Below, piece after piece: positions 51,812-56,011 of a stretch of 56,011 nucleotides of DNA. The DNA comes from Girardia tigrina. Lineage: Eukaryota. Every line of letters starts with the position of its first letter. Position 1 is the stretch's first letter. The position numbers and the translations under genes are program-made. The notes beneath the pieces were generated by a model. The model was not told the DNA's origin and made no database searches. It worked only from the letters and a program-made list of their open reading frames with translations. Location of the stretch: positions 33,231 to 89,241 of the forward strand of contig MQRK01223771.1 of NCBI GenBank assembly GCA_001938485.1, written 5' to 3'.

Positions 51812-54662
51812 ATGTCGACCATCGCCAGTAGCTCTGAACAACTAATTTCGAGGCTCATACCAGACAAATTTAGGTGACAAGATAATGTTGAAACATTCAT
51901 TTCGGCTTGCGCAAGATACTTCAAAGTGGTCAAAGTATCGGAAAGTATGCAAGAGATATTGGTAATTGGTTTACTGTCACACGAGCTCGTACCAATATAC
52001 GAAATCATGGGTCCCGAAGTGAAGGGATATGAAGCCCTTCTACCACAAGCTTTCCAGACGAAAAGCTCGTTAATGGAGGATTCGATAGAGGCGGTAAACT
52101 TCGAGAGATCTAGAGAATCAGTGGAGGAATTCTTTGTTAAAGCAAAAAAGTTGGCGGTAAAATTGATGAAACATGAGTGGACAGAGACGGAGGTAGAGAA
52201 ATGCCTTCTGATTATGGGTCAAAAGATAGTGACGTGCAGAAAGAAATCAGATTTAGAGAAGTGAAAGAATTAACAGAAGTGAAGGACGTCATCAAGAAAA
52301 TAGACGAAGTCCGGAGAATGGAAAAACCGGTACACGCAATACGACAAACATATAGAGATGTGGTCAAAACAAGCACAACAACAGAAATGGCAACAAGAAA
52401 CATGACGAGGAAAGGAGATTCCTTTGGAAGACGATCTTCTATGAAGAACAACATCACATGTTTGAACTGTAAGGAAGTAGGACATAAAAGTTTTGAATGT
52501 AAACGTCAGAGGAAGGTCATGTGTGACGAGAATGCAAAAAGGTAAAATGTGGAAGATTTAACAATCCAGAACATAGAGCTGAAGAATGTTGCACGAATCT
52601 GAATAAACGATATCAAGGAAGAACGGATTATCAAAGGAGAACCCAAAGTGATAGCCGACAATTCTCAGATGCACAAACAAAAAGTTCAGGAAACCGGAAC
52701 TCAGACGATTACAGAAGAGGATTCGAAAGAGGAAAACAGATCGCGATGATGGAGAAGGAAGAATACCGAGAACAGCTAGAACATATAGAAAAAACGAATC
52801 GTTCCAAGACGACGAGGAACCAATCTTGGCATTGGAGTAAGTTTTCTTAAAGATAGACCAGATCATATAAATTATATATATAGTAGTAATAATTTTAATA
52901 ATACGAATAAAATAAATAATAAATTAAATATAAATAAAATGAATTATAAAATTGATAAAAATAAGTCAGAATTCATGAGTGAGCTGAACTTCTATAAGGA
53001 ACCAGAAACAAGTCACAAAGTGGTAAAATTTATAAAAAAAGGACACGTATAATGAAAGAGAATGGCTGATAATAACTAATTATGAAAATGTACCAATTTT
53101 ATACAACTGATTAGAGGGCCGACCAAGTATCAGAGTCATGATTCAGGACACAGAAATTGAATGCCTATTAGATACTGGAGCAGCCTTAAACGTGATGACC
53201 GAAGAAATACTTAAGAAATTAAAGAGCACACAAATGGAAAAAACAAATCAGAAACTGAGAGCAGCAAATGGATTACAAATGGATGTTAGAGGAGAAACAG
53301 AGACACTGATAAAAATTGGGAAGACATCAGAGAAAGTAAGATTTATAATAGTAAAGAATTTAAGACCAGACATGATTGGAGGCATGCCCTTGATGAAAGA
53401 ATTCGGAAAAGAGATACAATGGAAAGAAGATAAACAACAGGATATGAATAAAATTAACATATTCGAAATCGAGGCAAAGTTTGGGAAAGGAATCATTGAA
53501 AATGATCGATACGCGAAACGGTAGAGCACTTGAGGAAATAATTCACCAATATAAAGGCATATTCTTGGCAAAAGACTGGGATATCGGCTGTACAAACTTA
53601 TTACTACTCAGAATAGAAACAACAGGGGGAACTATAAACATAAAACCGAGAAGACAGCCAGTACACTTAGAGGACAAACTCGAGGAAGCAATCAAAAATC
53701 TAGAAGAAAATGGATTAATAAAGCCATGCAATTCACAATGGAACACACCAATAGTATGTGTTTTGAAAAAAAGACTAGGACGAAATCAGGCTGTGTCTAG
53801 ATTTCAAACAGTTAAACCTTATCGCAAAGAGACAGGCATTCCCCATGCCAAATATAGCGGAAATGATGGACAGGCTACATGGAACCAAATATTTCAGCAC
53901 AATAGACTTCGGAAACGCGTACCACCAAGTATAATTAAGCAAGAAATCACAGGAAAAAACGGTGTTTTCCACTAAATCAGGACAATGTTGTTTTAAAAGG
54001 ATAGCAGCAGCACCAGGAACATTTCAGGAACAAATGAACAAAGTATTAAAACCGATAAAGAAGGGAGCATCAGTTTATCTGGACGATATATTAATAGCAA
54101 CAAGTACAAAGGAAGAACATTATAACGTAGTCAAAGAAGTATTTGAAAGAATAAAGGAGACAGGATTAAGAATCAAACCATCGAAATGTAAAATATTACG
54201 ACAAGAAGTAAAATTCTTAGGACACTTTATAAATGACAAATGGATACAGGCAGATCCAGAAAAAATAGCAGCAATAGAGAACTTTCAAAGACCCACATAT
54301 ATCAAAAATTTAAGAAGTTTTCTAGGAATTTGCTATTACTACAGAAGGTTTATAAACGGCTAAGCGAAGAAAGCTAAAATATTAGAAGGAATGTGTATGC
54401 TCGACTAAAGAAAAATTAATTTGAACAGATGCATATGAAATAGCTTTTCAGGACATGAAGAAAGCATTGATAACGGCACCAATATTGAGTTTCCAAAATT
54501 TCAAGAAACAGTTTATTCTAGATACAGACGCTAGTTTTGATAGCATAGGGGCGGTACTGTCGCAGATAGGTGAATCAGGCAAGTAATAGCATATGGATCA
54601 CATTCTATGTCAGTACACGAAAAAGGATATTACATAACAAGGAAAGAACTTTTGGCAATCTG
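51812..54662 (+). mobile_element. Ty3/Gypsy LTR retrotransposon gag-pol, degenerate and 3' truncated
   Basis: Gag with CCHC knuckle CLNCKEVGHKSFEC, protease LLDTGAALNV, RT (WNTPIVCV, STIDF, APGTFQ, YLDDILI, LRSFLG) and RNase H (FILDTDAS..IGAVLSQ, ITRKELLAI). Many stops and frameshifts; no integrase seen. The AT-rich region from about 51138 may be its 5' LTR. Confidence 0.93.
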
Positions 54663-55221
54663 CACTGTATATATTTAGGGAAAAACTATTACATCAGACA
54701 TGTCAAAAATATGCTTTAAAAATATTGATGATTTCTTTTACATATTTAGAAAACATACATTAAAAAAAGAAAGTCATCATCAAATCTTTGGGACCTTCAT
54801 TTAGAAAGAAACCTGACGGAAGAGTTCAATAAAAGGCGAATGGAATTCTTATATTATTTTTATATAAAAGGAAAATCTTTGTTTTGTAAAAGAAAACAAT
54901 CTAATTGAAATGAGAGACTGTTCACTCGTTTTGGAAATAGGCCATAATATGACTTCAAAGAGAGAAAACATTTTTGACTTTCAAACATACATATTTATTA
55001 TATTTATTTTTTTACTAAAATAAATTAAAGAAGTTAATAATTATTTGTTATTTATTTTATAAATCTATGTATAAAACATTTAGATATGAAAAACAAACTT
55101 AAACATATATCGCTTAATTTTGTTTTAATGTTACTATTAATCTTTAAAAAATATAATATTTTATTGAAAGCCTTCTACTAGACGTGCTAACAATAAAGAA
55201 ATACAAAAAAATTATAACAAG

Positions 55222-56011
55222 TGTGGTGATGTCATTCCTCACCACATTCAGTAATATTGAACTCCAATGATGTCAAATCTTATGACATAACTAGAGTTCA
55301 AATTCCAGTGATTTTATATGTCATGATATCACAGGAATGTGCAATTGCAAGGTCAATTTCAATTGCATGAACTGACCCCGGGGCATATTATATAATATTG
55401 CCTTCATATAAAAGGGGGAGATTTCCAAATTTAAATGTTTATTGTACCCAATCTATATTTAATTTAAATATATTTTTATTAGCCGAATTTGTGTTCTTTA
55501 CAATGGTGTCAGAATTCGCCGAAGATTCAGCCAACTCAATCCTACCACAACCTCGGGCATTCTTTGTTGATGATGACGGTACGCCCCTTTCTTGGTTCAC
55601 AATCTTCGAATTCTCATTCAACAAAAATCACAATTCTTCAACAATGGCCAAGTATCTCCTCAGCAATCTCCCTTCTGAACTCCTTCAGAAACTCGGATCC
55701 AGTGCTGTCAAATGTCTCAATTCTTCTCAGCCATATGAAGAGCTGAAAGATGTTATTTTCAGTNATTACAGTCCATCTCAATCAGAAATATTTAAAAAAT
55801 ATTTCCAACCTCAAACACTGGGCAATACCTCAGCATCAAAATTCCTCTCAAGAACCATCGCTGAATTGAATTCCCTTCAACCCGGCAGTCCACCAAATCC
55901 AGCACTCGTCAAAGAATTATTTCTATCCGCGATGCCAGCCCACATCCGTCCAATATTATTAAGCTCCGATAAATCAGACCCTACTGATTTGGCCAAAATT
56001 GCTGATCGAGT
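55222..56011 (+). mobile_element. 5' end of a second, apparently young Gypsy element: LTR (55222-55502), PBS and gag
   Basis: TGT...ACA-bounded block of about 280 bp with TATAAAAGGGG, followed by PBS-like TGGTGTCAGAA at 55504. An uninterrupted ORF runs from ATG 55503 to the window end (WFTIFEFSF...PYEELK...LGNTSASKFL...ELFLSAMP...LAKIAD), typical of Gypsy gag. The LTR start is tentative. Confidence 0.75.

Noticed and set aside
51799-55746. Antisense and alternate-frame ORFs over the two Gypsy elements
   Set aside because: They are shadows of the gag/pol frames.

Overview
Very AT-rich eukaryotic genomic DNA with several N gaps. It is probably from a triclad planarian, inferred from base composition, a 50-nt intron and the wording of an 18S rDNA fragment. 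One host gene can be assembled by hand across about 47 kb of the + strand: 8 GT-AG exons (3004-3166, 6025-6199, 12006-12115, 32056-32149, 38052-38134, 38185-38269, 47510-47558, 49903-50133) with compatible phases. They total 990 nt and give a 329-aa type-I membrane protein: signal peptide, Ig domain, EGF-like Cys module, TM helix and cytoplasmic tail, i.e. a neuregulin-like EGFR-ligand architecture. Introns and flanks are full of mostly decayed mobile elements: Tc1/mariner, pogo/Tigger, hAT-Buster, MULE, Merlin, P-like and Harbinger-like MITEs, Penelope-like remnants and Ty3/Gypsy LTR elements, one of which looks intact at the right edge. The most unusual observations are (1) a GC-rich intronic array of about 14 RFX X-box-like palindromes, several runs on a 21-bp period, interleaved with six CCAAT boxes; (2) an EGF module lacking its canonical C5 unless a 27-nt candidate microexon lying antisense inside a Gypsy remnant is used; (3) a hAT insertion with two left ends and one right end; and (4) an internally deleted 18S rRNA fragment in the last intron. 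All calls are by eye; no database searches were run.
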